64,000 bases of DNA, from assembly GCA_036004365.1 (NCBI GenBank), contig DASYRN010000045.1:7637-71636 (forward strand), given 5' to 3'. Below, in pieces: positions 38,226 through 46,663 of the stretch (positions are counted from its first letter, which is position 1; the number at the start of each line of letters is the position of its first letter). Origin of the DNA: Candidatus Binatia bacterium. GTDB taxonomy: Bacteria > Desulfobacterota > Binatia > UBA9968. The notes under the pieces were generated by a model, which was given only the letters and a program-made list of their open reading frames with translations, ran no database searches and was not told where the DNA came from. Made by a program: the position numbers and the translations under genes.

Positions 38226-38648
38226 CTACGGCGTGGTCCAAACGATCGTTCCGTCTTTGCCGTAAAATTCCACCCCCGGGGTGTTGTTAGATCGTATTCC
38301 CAGTGCGATGCCCGTCTTTCCGTCCTGGCCGTCCAGTCTCAACGCCGGGTTACGACTAACCCCCATGCCCAAGGTGACACCGGCCTTTCCGTTCTTATCT
38401 CTTATCTCCAGGCCCATGTTCCCATTGGGGATGGCTCCGAGCACGGCGCTCACCGAGCCCGAACTGTCGCGCACGACGAACCTTTCAGCCTCGATGACCT
38501 TACCGACGTTGCCGGGTTCGGCCTGTCCCATGACCACCAATGCGACCGCCCCGAAGAGCGCCAAGGCGCCTATGCGTTTGATCCGCCGGTTTTCCTTTTC
38601 CAGGCGCTCCAGCCGTCTCAGCATCTGATCCATGCTAGGCTCGTTCAT
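38226..38648 (-). CDS. Membrane-anchored coiled-coil protein with four short beta-rich repeats (unknown family)
   Basis: AAGGAGAG RBS; N-terminal coiled coil (QMLRRLERLEKENRRIKR), a TM helix, then repeats of the type RDSSGSVSAVLG / RDKNGKAGVTLG / DGQDGKTGIALG / GKDGTIVW. Confidence 0.55.
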   Translation of the reverse strand: MNEPSMDQMLRRLERLEKENRRIKRIGALALFGAVALVVMGQAEPGNVGKVIEAERFVVRDSSGSVSAVLGAIPNGNMGLEIRDKNGKAGVTLGMGVSRNPALRLDGQDGKTGIALGIRSNNTPGVEFYGKDGTIVWTTP

Positions 38649-38913
38649 TATTCTCTCCTTTCTTACCGGGTGGTGTTTCAAGCTTACTCCCGTAGCCGCT
38701 TTAAACCAACTGGATTGGCCTCTAACAAAAAGGGCCGGGGCGGCTCTATCCTAACACTCCCGCGATCTCGGGGACAATTTAAAACTTCGGTGATCCTTTT
38801 GTGCGCACTCCTGCTGATTCTCTAGCCTTTGGCCCCTGGTGAATCTGCTTTTTGAGTGCGCTTCGAAAAGCGGCGCTCGACTGGTATAATAGTCATTCGA
38901 GAGGCAGAATTTT

Positions 38914-39543
38914 ATGAAGATGGCACTGTCGCGCGACTTTGGTATTTCCATTTTGATCGCCACGCTTGCTCTCACTGGCTGTTCCACCACTCAGATGATT
39001 GTCAGTGAATGGAGCAATCCCCGCTACGTCTCACCTTCGTTCAAGAGGATCATGGTGGGCGGTGTCGGCGAAGAAACCAGCATCCGGCGTAACTTCGAAG
39101 ACGAGTTCGTCGCTCAGCTCAGGGCAGCCGGCGTCGCGGCGTTGCCGAGCTACCGATATATGCCTGAGGATGAGAAGATTGACGAAAGCAAACTCAAACA
39201 AGCGGCACAAAGGGCCGGCACCGATGGCGCCATCCTCGCCCGTTCGGTAAGCGTCGAACAGAAAACGGAGTATGGCCCGAGCTATTACCCGCTTGCCGGC
39301 TTCGGCATCTTTGGTCGGAACGTCGGCGCCTCATGGTCGGGGCCTTACGGTGCACCAAGCGTCTCCCGCTACAACGTGTATACCTCGGAGACCACTCTGT
39401 ACGACGTCACCAAGAACGAGGTGGTCTGGACCGGCACCATCAAGACCACCGAGCCGGACAATATTAACACCGCGATCAAGGACTATGTCGGAACGGTCAT
39501 AAAAGCGCTCAACGAGAAGAATCTTCTCGGAGTTAAGAAATGA
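38914..39543 (+). CDS. Lipoprotein, DUF4136-like
   Basis: Lipobox LALTGCS; ~190-aa mature domain, no catalytic motifs. Confidence 0.55.
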   Translation: MKMALSRDFGISILIATLALTGCSTTQMIVSEWSNPRYVSPSFKRIMVGGVGEETSIRRNFEDEFVAQLRAAGVAALPSYRYMPEDEKIDESKLKQAAQRAGTDGAILARSVSVEQKTEYGPSYYPLAGFGIFGRNVGASWSGPYGAPSVSRYNVYTSETTLYDVTKNEVVWTGTIKTTEPDNINTAIKDYVGTVIKALNEKNLLGVKK

Positions 39544-39571
39544 GGGCCGGGTGGGACGGAAGGAAACAACC

Positions 39572-39919
39572 CTACGGAGCATGACTGAAATCCAGCCCGC
39601 CGATGTGTTGAACGGTATGGCCACAATGACCACGCAGTAACGCAAAGATCTGGCTGCAGAACGAGGTGTCATCAAATAAAAGACATCCCATATATGCGGC
39701 TCGTTCGTATTCAACGATTAAATAGCACCTGTTGGACGGTTGGAGTGTAGACAACATCACATCCTGCAGGATGCCGACCTCGCCTTTTGGGTGTTTGTTT
39801 TCTTCCCCACCTATCCAAGTCCAGGTCGGAGGCCAGTTGGGAAGACCTTGGTGAGACATGAGGGGATGATCTCGCAGCTTCATGGTTGGTTCTAAATCTG
39901 TGGTCGATAAATGATTCAT
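39572..39919 (-). CDS. Hypothetical protein (115 aa) downstream of the frameshifted small-ORF paralog
   Basis: ORF starts 16 nt after the stop of the upstream reading frame; Trp/His/Cys-rich; AT-richer region; no recognisable domain. Confidence 0.35.
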   Translation of the reverse strand: MNHLSTTDLEPTMKLRDHPLMSHQGLPNWPPTWTWIGGEENKHPKGEVGILQDVMLSTLQPSNRCYLIVEYERAAYMGCLLFDDTSFCSQIFALLRGHCGHTVQHIGGLDFSHAP

Positions 39920-39935
39920 TTATCTAGATCTTCGT

Positions 39936-40230
39936 TACGCGGATCCGGGATCGTTGTCATCGTCGGTTGATGGTTTTCTAGAACGGACGTTGAATTGGAT
40001 CTTGGATAGTTCCGAGTCCAGCCACCGCATCCTTTTGAGAGTATCCTCTCGGAAAAGCTGTGGACTGTCGTAGCCGCGGTACACTTCACACCTCTGGGTT
40101 GTGACTCCAGGTAAACGGAAAGCTTACACAATGAATCCGGCGTAGCTTGTCGGGCAACCCTATCAATGCGCAATGGCTGTGCCAGACCAGAAGATTCGTA
40201 TTATCGAATAGTTGTAAAAGTTCAGCCATG
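39936..40230 (-). pseudogene. Frameshifted paralog of the 37377-37670 small gene
   Basis: Frame A: MAELLQLFDNTNLLVWHSHCALIGLPDKLRRIHCVSFPFTWSHNPEV*. Frame B continues ...CEVYRGYDSPQLFREDTLKRMRWLDSELSKIQFNVRSRKPSTDDDNDPGSA*. A 1-nt length difference relative to the intact copy sits just before the conserved RGYDSP core. Confidence 0.4.
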
Positions 40231-40444
40231 ACGAGATGGGTAAAAAGGTAAGAGCTGGGAAGAAATTACGCGATAAGTAAGAGTAGAGACTGCAAATTAT
40301 AGCTGGAGGATTGCTCCTTTGGGCGTTTCCTCTAACGTGGGCTTTTCACGTTTCGACTATTTTCGAAATGTCGAAACGATGAGCGGCGCTTGTTCGGACA
40401 AGCGATTGACTCATTTGATGCGGCTGTGATAGCGCTCGAAAGCC

Positions 40445-41518
40445 ATGTCAGGCGAAAGTTTCCGTGGCGAGATCGGACTCCACTTTCCGTTGCATGTCCT
40501 TAACCGCTACTCTCTCCCCGAGCTGATCCGCCTTGCGGAACGCGCTGTGGAGGCACTTCGACAGTTCGGCTTCACGCAGATCTGGACCAACGATAATCTA
40601 GAGTATCGAAGCGTTTTGGCGAGCTCCGCTGCACTCGTGGCGCGGGTTCCGGTCAAGCTCGGAACGGCCGTCACCGTTCCCTATTTTCGCAACCCCATCG
40701 ATCTGGCCGCGGCGTTCGTCACTCTCTCCGAACTCACAAACGGGCAGGAAATCTCGCTTGGCCTGGGACCCGGCTCGAGGTCGATCCTGACCCATCAAGT
40801 CGATCGTGTGAAGCCGCTGATCATCATGGCCGAGTTGGCGACGGCTCTGCGGAAGCTCTTCGATGGAAAGGCAATCGGGCGCAATGAAATTCCGAATTTG
40901 GCTTCCTATTTTCACTTGAACGCGGAAAGTTACACTTTGCGCTTCAAGGCCCAGTCGCCGATCCGGCTTTACTATGGTCCAAGCCTGCTCAAGCCCGCGG
41001 TCTTAAATCTAATCGGATGCCACTTCGATGGGGTCATCCTGCAAACTCTGTATAGCGGGGCGGATATGGAGGCTACGCTCTCGAGTCTGAAACGTGCCCG
41101 CGCACAGTCCGCTCTAAGGGAGCCGCTAGCTAAAATCATGCTTATCAACGCGTCCGTTTCTCGCGACGGACGGGCGGCGAGAGAGCACGCCAAGCGCTTC
41201 GTGTCCCACATCATCGCCGGATGGCCGGACGACACCCTCCAAAGGAAAGGCATTGACCCAGCCTCCGTTCAGTCGGTGCGCCGAGCCTACGCTCAGAACC
41301 GCGGAGTGGATTATGCGGCGTCGCTGACTCCGGAGGAAGCGGTGGACCGTCTGGTCGTCGCTGGCACGCCGGAGCAGTGCATCGAACGGATCTCCGAACT
41401 CTTTTCCACCGGCGCGAAGCACGAATTCGGGCAGATCTTTATCGGCGTGCCACTTGGACCCGATGTCGGTGAAGTGATCGATATCTGGGCTAAAGAGATC
41501 CTGCCGGCTCTTTCGTAA
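40445..41518 (+). CDS. Luciferase-like monooxygenase (LLM) family, probably an F420-dependent oxidoreductase
   Basis: 357 aa TIM-barrel LLM signature (FTQIWTNDNLEYRS..., LGLGPGS). Confidence 0.85.
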   Translation: MSGESFRGEIGLHFPLHVLNRYSLPELIRLAERAVEALRQFGFTQIWTNDNLEYRSVLASSAALVARVPVKLGTAVTVPYFRNPIDLAAAFVTLSELTNGQEISLGLGPGSRSILTHQVDRVKPLIIMAELATALRKLFDGKAIGRNEIPNLASYFHLNAESYTLRFKAQSPIRLYYGPSLLKPAVLNLIGCHFDGVILQTLYSGADMEATLSSLKRARAQSALREPLAKIMLINASVSRDGRAAREHAKRFVSHIIAGWPDDTLQRKGIDPASVQSVRRAYAQNRGVDYAASLTPEEAVDRLVVAGTPEQCIERISELFSTGAKHEFGQIFIGVPLGPDVGEVIDIWAKEILPALS

Positions 41519-41648
41519 TCCGAAAGATGTGGGCGAATTCAGATCTCCGCCTTGCCACACTCAGGCAGATGCGCGGTGAACTGTCTACCCCCGAAACCTG
41601 ACTTCTGAAACGCTGCGCCAAAACGGGAATGTAGAAGACTCGATGCGC

Positions 41649-42311
41649 TCAGTGGCCGGGGCTCTCCAAGACGGCGAGCGCGGCCTGGCAGCAGAGGATG
41701 TCCTGCTCGGCTCGGCTACCGCCGGCTACGCCGATGGCGCCGACGATCGCCGCGCCGTCAACGATCGCAATGCCTCCACCCGCCGGCATGATGCGACCGC
41801 GGTGCGAGATGACGAGGCTGCGAAACCAGGGGCGGCGCGCTTGGGGCGCCAACTCGGCGGTGGCCAGGTGAAAGGCGGCGGCCGTGTAGGCCTTATTGAA
41901 GGCGAGCTCTGCAGTCCTGGGCTCGGCTTGGTCCATCCGTCCGACGGCGATAGGAGTGCCAGCTTCATCTACGACCACGGCCGTCACCGCGATCCCCGCT
42001 CTTTCCGCGTAGGCGTGCGCTCGATGCACCATCTCCCATGCCTTGTCCACCGGAACCGGCCCAACTGCTGCTTTGTTCTTACGGAAGAAGCTGGCATTGA
42101 CCTCGATGGAGGCCTCATGCTCGGCGGGGAGCTTGGAATCGAGGAAGATCGCGTCCACCGGGCAGACGATCTCACACTGCTCGCACTCGATGCACACTTC
42201 GGGATCAACGTAGTGTTGTGGAGCCCCCGGGAGGGTATGAATGCAGGCGACCGGGCAGACGTCGACGCACGCCCCATCATTTGTACACAGCGAGGTGATA
42301 ATGTACGTCAC
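41649..42311 (-). CDS. Fusion protein: N-terminal 7Fe-type ([3Fe-4S][4Fe-4S]) ferredoxin plus C-terminal DUF336/GlcG (PduO-C-like, heme/corrinoid-binding) domain
   Basis: N-terminal CTNDGACVDVCP (C-x5-C-x3-CP) and CIECEQCEIVCP (C-x2-C-x2-C-x3-CP). C-terminal AVVVDEAGTPIAVGRMDQA...AFNKAYTAAAF...GGIAIV...GAIGVAGG matches GlcG/DUF336. Confidence 0.8.
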   Translation of the reverse strand: MTYIITSLCTNDGACVDVCPVACIHTLPGAPQHYVDPEVCIECEQCEIVCPVDAIFLDSKLPAEHEASIEVNASFFRKNKAAVGPVPVDKAWEMVHRAHAYAERAGIAVTAVVVDEAGTPIAVGRMDQAEPRTAELAFNKAYTAAAFHLATAELAPQARRPWFRSLVISHRGRIMPAGGGIAIVDGAAIVGAIGVAGGSRAEQDILCCQAALAVLESPGH

Positions 42312-42485
42312 GGAAATCCCTTCTACTAGGTAGCTTCAGAACTCCTCTGAACGTCATGCCAGCCGAGCCCGCGACAGCGGGCGAGAGCCGGAATCCAGGC
42401 AAATATAAGAAGTGCTGGATTTCCGCTTCCGCGGAAATGACGAACCCCGAGGGTCGATTCTTTGGCTGATTTCACACATAGGTGC

Positions 42486-43202
42486 CTATCCATCCGCCCT
42501 CAGCGGCAAATCGGTGCGAATGACGTTCGTCACATGGACGCGGGTCCCATATTTGGGAGTCACTAGCCTCCCGTTAGGGTTGAGAGTACCCAGCCCCGCC
42601 GCCGCGGCGAGCCGCTCGGCATTGGGATCCGGCGCTGCCGTGGCGCGAAAGCCAAGCTCTCTGATCCACGCGCTGAGAACGAAAGTGACGAACAGCCCGT
42701 TCTGCACCGGCACCTGGCCGCCGATGCCCGGGGCCTCTCGCGGGTCATAATCGGCTCGAACCGCACAGATGACGGCGAAGGGATACTGCTCGTCTTTCGA
42801 ATCCAATCTGGCGATACCCACCAGATCGGTGCCCAGGTAGCGGGCCAGCTCCTTGACATGGTTGGACGTGATCTCGGGCGTGTGGATGTCCGCTTTGGTC
42901 GGGAAGACGTTACCCTCGGGCGCACTGCGGATCAGCTCCGTCACCGAATTGGCCAGATCTTCCGGAGGCGTGTTGATGAAAAAATCCCAGTATGGGTCGC
43001 CTGCCCTGAGCCTGGTCGAAGGGTCGTGCTGGGAGCGTGTCTTCGGCCACGGGATTTTTAGCGGGCCCAGTCTGAGGGTCACTAAACGTCCCGCTTGACG
43101 AATCGGTTGGTATTCTCTTTCAGCGGAGCATAGTAGCCGATATCTCCCGCCACCTTTCCCGAGTTCGCCTCGTGCGCCGCGGTGCAACCGGCAACGGTAC
43201 AC
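42486..43202 (-). CDS. Truncated reductive-dehalogenase-like paralog (corrinoid-binding N-terminal part only, no Fe-S domain)
   Basis: ...HVKELARYLGTDLVGIARLD... and ...LAAAAGLGTLNPNGRLVTPKYGTRVHVTNVIRTDLPL align with the upstream full-length gene (HIKAVARYMGADVVAIARAH; AAGVGELGRNGLIINEKFGARIHMPDPIMTDLPL). It ends exactly where the ferredoxin domain should begin; 120 nt overlap with the upstream gene. Confidence 0.55.
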   Translation of the reverse strand: MYRCRLHRGARGELGKGGGRYRLLCSAEREYQPIRQAGRLVTLRLGPLKIPWPKTRSQHDPSTRLRAGDPYWDFFINTPPEDLANSVTELIRSAPEGNVFPTKADIHTPEITSNHVKELARYLGTDLVGIARLDSKDEQYPFAVICAVRADYDPREAPGIGGQVPVQNGLFVTFVLSAWIRELGFRATAAPDPNAERLAAAAGLGTLNPNGRLVTPKYGTRVHVTNVIRTDLPLRADG

Positions 43203-44383
43203 GCGTGCTCTCCGGGCTTGATGCCGGAGTCATACCCAAGCCAGCGCACCCGCTTCTGACTCACCACGCCCCAGAAGCGATCATCGATCGCCTTCAGCGC
43301 GTGCACGAGCGCCGGTCGCGCGGGGATAGGGCAGGTGCGCAGAGCCCAGACCGTAAGGCTGCGCCACCAAACGTTGGGTTTGGTGAACGGGCAAACGGTG
43401 GCGCAGGTCAGGCAGCTCATCCAGTGGTCGTGGGTGTACGGCCGCAGCTTATAGCAGGTCAGCCAGTTGATCTTGTACTTCTCGACGCCGTTGAAGACCA
43501 CCTTATCGCCGAAGGGGATGCTGTTGGTGGGACAGTTGACAGCGCATTTGCGGCAAATCTTGCAGAAGTCCTCGACGCCTATGTCGACGGGTTGGTCCGG
43601 CACCAGCGGGAGGTCGGTCATGATGGGATCGGGCATGTGGATGCGGGCACCGAACTTCTCGTTGATGATGAGTCCGTTTCGGCCCAGTTCGCCCACGCCG
43701 GCGGCCAGCCCGGCGGCCTGAGGGTTCGCCACGCCCCGTAGAGCGGTGTAACCCAGCTCCTTGACGTAGCCCTCCAGGGCCTTGAGGATCATGACACCTT
43801 TCATTTGAGAGACGTGGTAGGCCGCATCGCCGACGTGATGGCGGTGCGCCTGAAGCTTATCGTGGTCCCATGCGGTCGTCGTGACGATGATGTAGGGGAA
43901 CTTCCGCACCAGCTCCTCGGGAGTGCTTTGTTGGTACGCGTCCTCTGCCGTGCCGTCTTGCACGTAGCGGTTGCCAGCGTACATGAAGGATGGATGCGCC
44001 CTGGCGATGGCGACGACGTCAGCGCCCATATAACGGGCGACGGCCTTGATGTGGCGCGTCATCGCCGCGGGATCCGTCACTGGCACCTGCTTCGAGTTGA
44101 CCTTGCCCTTGCTGGCTTGGTTAATCACCGTGGTCAGGAAATGTCTGCGATCGGCGAAATGGTTCGGGGCCGACACCCGGGTAAGTGGATCTTTGGAGAT
44201 CGTGTTGCGGTACCAGTTGAAAAGGGCCTTCCCCAGCTCACCGCGCTGGTTTTTGGGATGCGGCGACTGGTTCATATCGACATTAGCGACAGGCCCCACG
44301 ACACGGGCTGACCGGCCGAGGTTGGGTACGGGCGGGATATCCAAGCCTCTTTGATTAACCTTGTCTAGCGTTGCGTTCCCCAT
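43082..44383 (-). CDS. Reductive-dehalogenase-like (RdhA/QueG superfamily) cobalamin + 2x[4Fe-4S] protein, no TAT signal
   Basis: 433 aa; N-terminal corrinoid-domain motif IKAVARYMGADVVAIA; Fe-S motifs CKICRKCAVNCP and C-x13-CLTCATVCP. The long first insert of the second motif is typical of RdhA. No twin-arginine leader. Confidence 0.7.
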   Translation of the reverse strand: MGNATLDKVNQRGLDIPPVPNLGRSARVVGPVANVDMNQSPHPKNQRGELGKALFNWYRNTISKDPLTRVSAPNHFADRRHFLTTVINQASKGKVNSKQVPVTDPAAMTRHIKAVARYMGADVVAIARAHPSFMYAGNRYVQDGTAEDAYQQSTPEELVRKFPYIIVTTTAWDHDKLQAHRHHVGDAAYHVSQMKGVMILKALEGYVKELGYTALRGVANPQAAGLAAGVGELGRNGLIINEKFGARIHMPDPIMTDLPLVPDQPVDIGVEDFCKICRKCAVNCPTNSIPFGDKVVFNGVEKYKINWLTCYKLRPYTHDHWMSCLTCATVCPFTKPNVWWRSLTVWALRTCPIPARPALVHALKAIDDRFWGVVSQKRVRWLGYDSGIKPGEHACTVAGCTAAHEANSGKVAGDIGYYAPLKENTNRFVKRDV

Positions 44384-44399
44384 GGCGAATTTTCCCTTC

Positions 44400-44495
44400 T
44401 TTTAGAAAGGATGAAGTATGAAATCGGAAGGATGAAGTGACAATGGCGCATTGACAGATGTTTTTTTATCCCTTAGCCTTCATCCTTTAGTTCTC
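44400..44495. repeat. Purine-rich GGATGAAG repeats forming an 11-bp inverted repeat (AAAGGATGAAG ... CTTCATCCTTT) with a ~62 nt loop
   Basis: Read directly at 44407-44417 and 44480-44490; intergenic between the GlcG-like and rdhA-like genes. Confidence 0.55.
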
Positions 44496-44592
44496 CTGTA
44501 TGTTTGCCACGAAAACCGACTCTGATGCAACTCCTTATATGTCATATGTCCCGTGCGCCTAGAGGGAGCCGGCGTCTGACGTGCATCCCATC

Positions 44593-44991
44593 TCAGGCAT
44601 AGGAGGCGAGAGCGGCTTCAGCGCAGCGCTGGTCCTGCTCTTCAGTACCACCCGCTACGGCGATGGCGCCCACAACATTGCCGCCCTCCACGATGGGCAA
44701 TGCGCCTGCACCGGGCATGATTCGACCGTTGCTGGAGACGACCAGGCTTTGAAACCATGTCTGCCCGGCAACTCCCGCCAACTCCTTGGTAGGCTGCTGG
44801 AAACTCGCTGCCGTGTAGGCTTTGTTGAGAGCAATTTCCACCGTAATGGGACGAGCACGGTCCATACGGCCTAGCGCGATCATACGGCCACTGTGGTCAA
44901 CGACCACAGCGGTGACTGCGATATCCAACTGCGTGGCCTCAAGGTGGGCGGTTCGCACCATCTGAATCGCTTTTTCTCCGGGGATAGCCAT
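44593..44991 (-). CDS. DUF336 / GlcG-like (PduO C-terminal-like, heme/corrinoid-binding) protein
   Basis: 132 aa; AVVVDHSGRMIALGRMDRA...ALNKAYTAASF...GALPIVEGGNVVGAIAVAGG GlcG signature. Confidence 0.8.
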   Translation of the reverse strand: MAIPGEKAIQMVRTAHLEATQLDIAVTAVVVDHSGRMIALGRMDRARPITVEIALNKAYTAASFQQPTKELAGVAGQTWFQSLVVSSNGRIMPGAGALPIVEGGNVVGAIAVAGGTEEQDQRCAEAALASYA

Positions 44992-45175
44992 CGTCGTTCG
45001 CGGTCCTCCTTGTCGTCGAAGTGGCGCCTAGTGTAACAGGTAATGCTAACCAACAGTCAAGCACTTACAGGCTGTTGAAAGCGCCGCGAGTCAGTGGTTC
45101 CCACAAGAGGGTAAATCCAAGCAAGGAGCGCGTACTAAGGGATGAAGGATGAAATGCCTAATCAGTTCATTGCCT

Positions 45176-46579
45176 TTAAGGTTTATCGTTCGGGACGAGG
45201 AGTCGGGCGAGCTTCCCGGCGTCTTCGAGCCTGTCTAGACTTTCAATCGTATCTTGGAGTTCGTCGATACGGGACGGCGAAAGGACTCGCGAGGCAAGCA
45301 GGCGAAATTTTTCGCTGACCTCGACGCGTGTCATGGGATGCTTATCACTTCCCTTGGCGTGAAGCACTTTGGCCCCGTAGCTCTTCCCGTCTCTCGTCTC
45401 GACCTCTAGAATCACGCCGTGGCGCCCTTCGTCTCCTAGGGCCTCGAGCTCGGTATCTTCAACCACCTCGATCTTTTTCGTCGTATTCAGGACGTCAGCC
45501 CTGTTTATGGATTTCTCCGTCACCTGATCGACGAAGAAGTCCCGGTCGTGGAGCAACACCGCAACACAATAAAGAAGATTCATTTGCGCCGTGGTCAGGC
45601 TGTTCGGCACATAAGGCCAACCGACATGAAGCTTGGTGGCGCGGGTTGTGCGGATGGTGATTTTTTCCGCGTTCTCCGCGCTTACGTCGGGGTGCTCACG
45701 GAGAATTTTCTTGAGCGCATCGATCGAAGTGTGATTGCTGCCGCAGCAAGGATAAGGTTTGAAGCCGACGTTCAGGGCCTCGAACCGTTCGCCAAGATCT
45801 CGCGTCAGGTGGGATAGGTTGGGATTGTCGCAGAAGGTCGAGCAGAAGCCTCCATAAGGCGCTTCGAGAATATCCTCGATTCCGGTAAATCCCTTAGCGG
45901 CGAGCAGTGCTCCGTACACACCTGCCTGTGATGCCCTACCAGGGTGCATGCGCTTTACCATCGAAGCTTGTTGGGCAGCCATAAGGCCCGCGGCCTGAGT
46001 GCCAGCGATTCCCAAGGCGTGGAGTGTCTCTGACGGATCAAGTCCAAGCATTTTTGCCGCCGCGGCTCCAGCAGCGAAGGTTCCTGAGGTGGCCGTAGGG
46101 TGGAAGCCCCGGCGCAACTGGGAAGCGCCCCCTGTCATGGCCACGCGGCAGCCTGCCTCATAACCAGCGATTACAGCCGTAAGGAATCTCTTGCCGTCTG
46201 TCGCGCCGTCGTAGCGTACCAGGGCATCTGCCGCAGGTATCGCTTCGGCGCCCGGGTGGATGACGCCGACGCGGTGAAGATCGTCCATTTCAAAGCTGTG
46301 GATCAAGGTACCATTGGCCAACGGCGCGCTCGTGCTGGGAACCTCTGCGCCATCGCCCCAGAGAAGAGCCCCTTTGCCCGCGCCTAGCTCCTTTGCAAAG
46401 CCTGTGATGATTTTTCCCCAAGGAAGGGTCGAGCCGAAAAGGGCGCATCCGAGAGAATCGAGTAGGCAGAGCTTGACGTGTGAGATGACCTCTCCGGGAA
46501 TATCACTGTACGAAAGCGACGATACAAACTGCGCGAGAGCGCGGGTGGGCGAGGTCTCTGGGCTTTGACTCGTTAACAT
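45176..46579 (-). CDS. MmgE/PrpD family protein (2-methylcitrate dehydratase-like)
   Basis: 467 aa with characteristic N-terminal LCLLDSLGCALFGS and full-length MmgE/PrpD similarity. Confidence 0.85.
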   Translation of the reverse strand: MLTSQSPETSPTRALAQFVSSLSYSDIPGEVISHVKLCLLDSLGCALFGSTLPWGKIITGFAKELGAGKGALLWGDGAEVPSTSAPLANGTLIHSFEMDDLHRVGVIHPGAEAIPAADALVRYDGATDGKRFLTAVIAGYEAGCRVAMTGGASQLRRGFHPTATSGTFAAGAAAAKMLGLDPSETLHALGIAGTQAAGLMAAQQASMVKRMHPGRASQAGVYGALLAAKGFTGIEDILEAPYGGFCSTFCDNPNLSHLTRDLGERFEALNVGFKPYPCCGSNHTSIDALKKILREHPDVSAENAEKITIRTTRATKLHVGWPYVPNSLTTAQMNLLYCVAVLLHDRDFFVDQVTEKSINRADVLNTTKKIEVVEDTELEALGDEGRHGVILEVETRDGKSYGAKVLHAKGSDKHPMTRVEVSEKFRLLASRVLSPSRIDELQDTIESLDRLEDAGKLARLLVPNDKP

Positions 46580-46663
46580 GAGGTTCGATCAACCGGATAG
46601 ATTTTGCCCATCCTCTTATTGTATACGTGGTTCTGTCAAGGCCCAGGAACACGAGGGAGGAAA

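Noticed and set aside
38091-38825. 244-aa + strand ORF
   Set aside because: Ala/Arg/Ser-rich shadow ORF antisense to the well-supported minus-strand gene 38226-38648, which has a strong RBS and a coherent coiled-coil/TM/repeat architecture. No RBS or domain.
42563-42925. 120-aa minus ORF (Arg/Ser/Pro-rich)
   Set aside because: Alternative frame inside the truncated rdhA-like gene.
43082-44383. Alternative call: epoxyqueuosine reductase QueG
   Set aside because: Kept as a caveat, not as the main call. The second cluster motif C-x13-C-x2-C-x3-CP with a long insert and the tandem paralog next to ferredoxin and DUF336 partners fit RdhA-like enzymes better. Only phylogeny can settle it.
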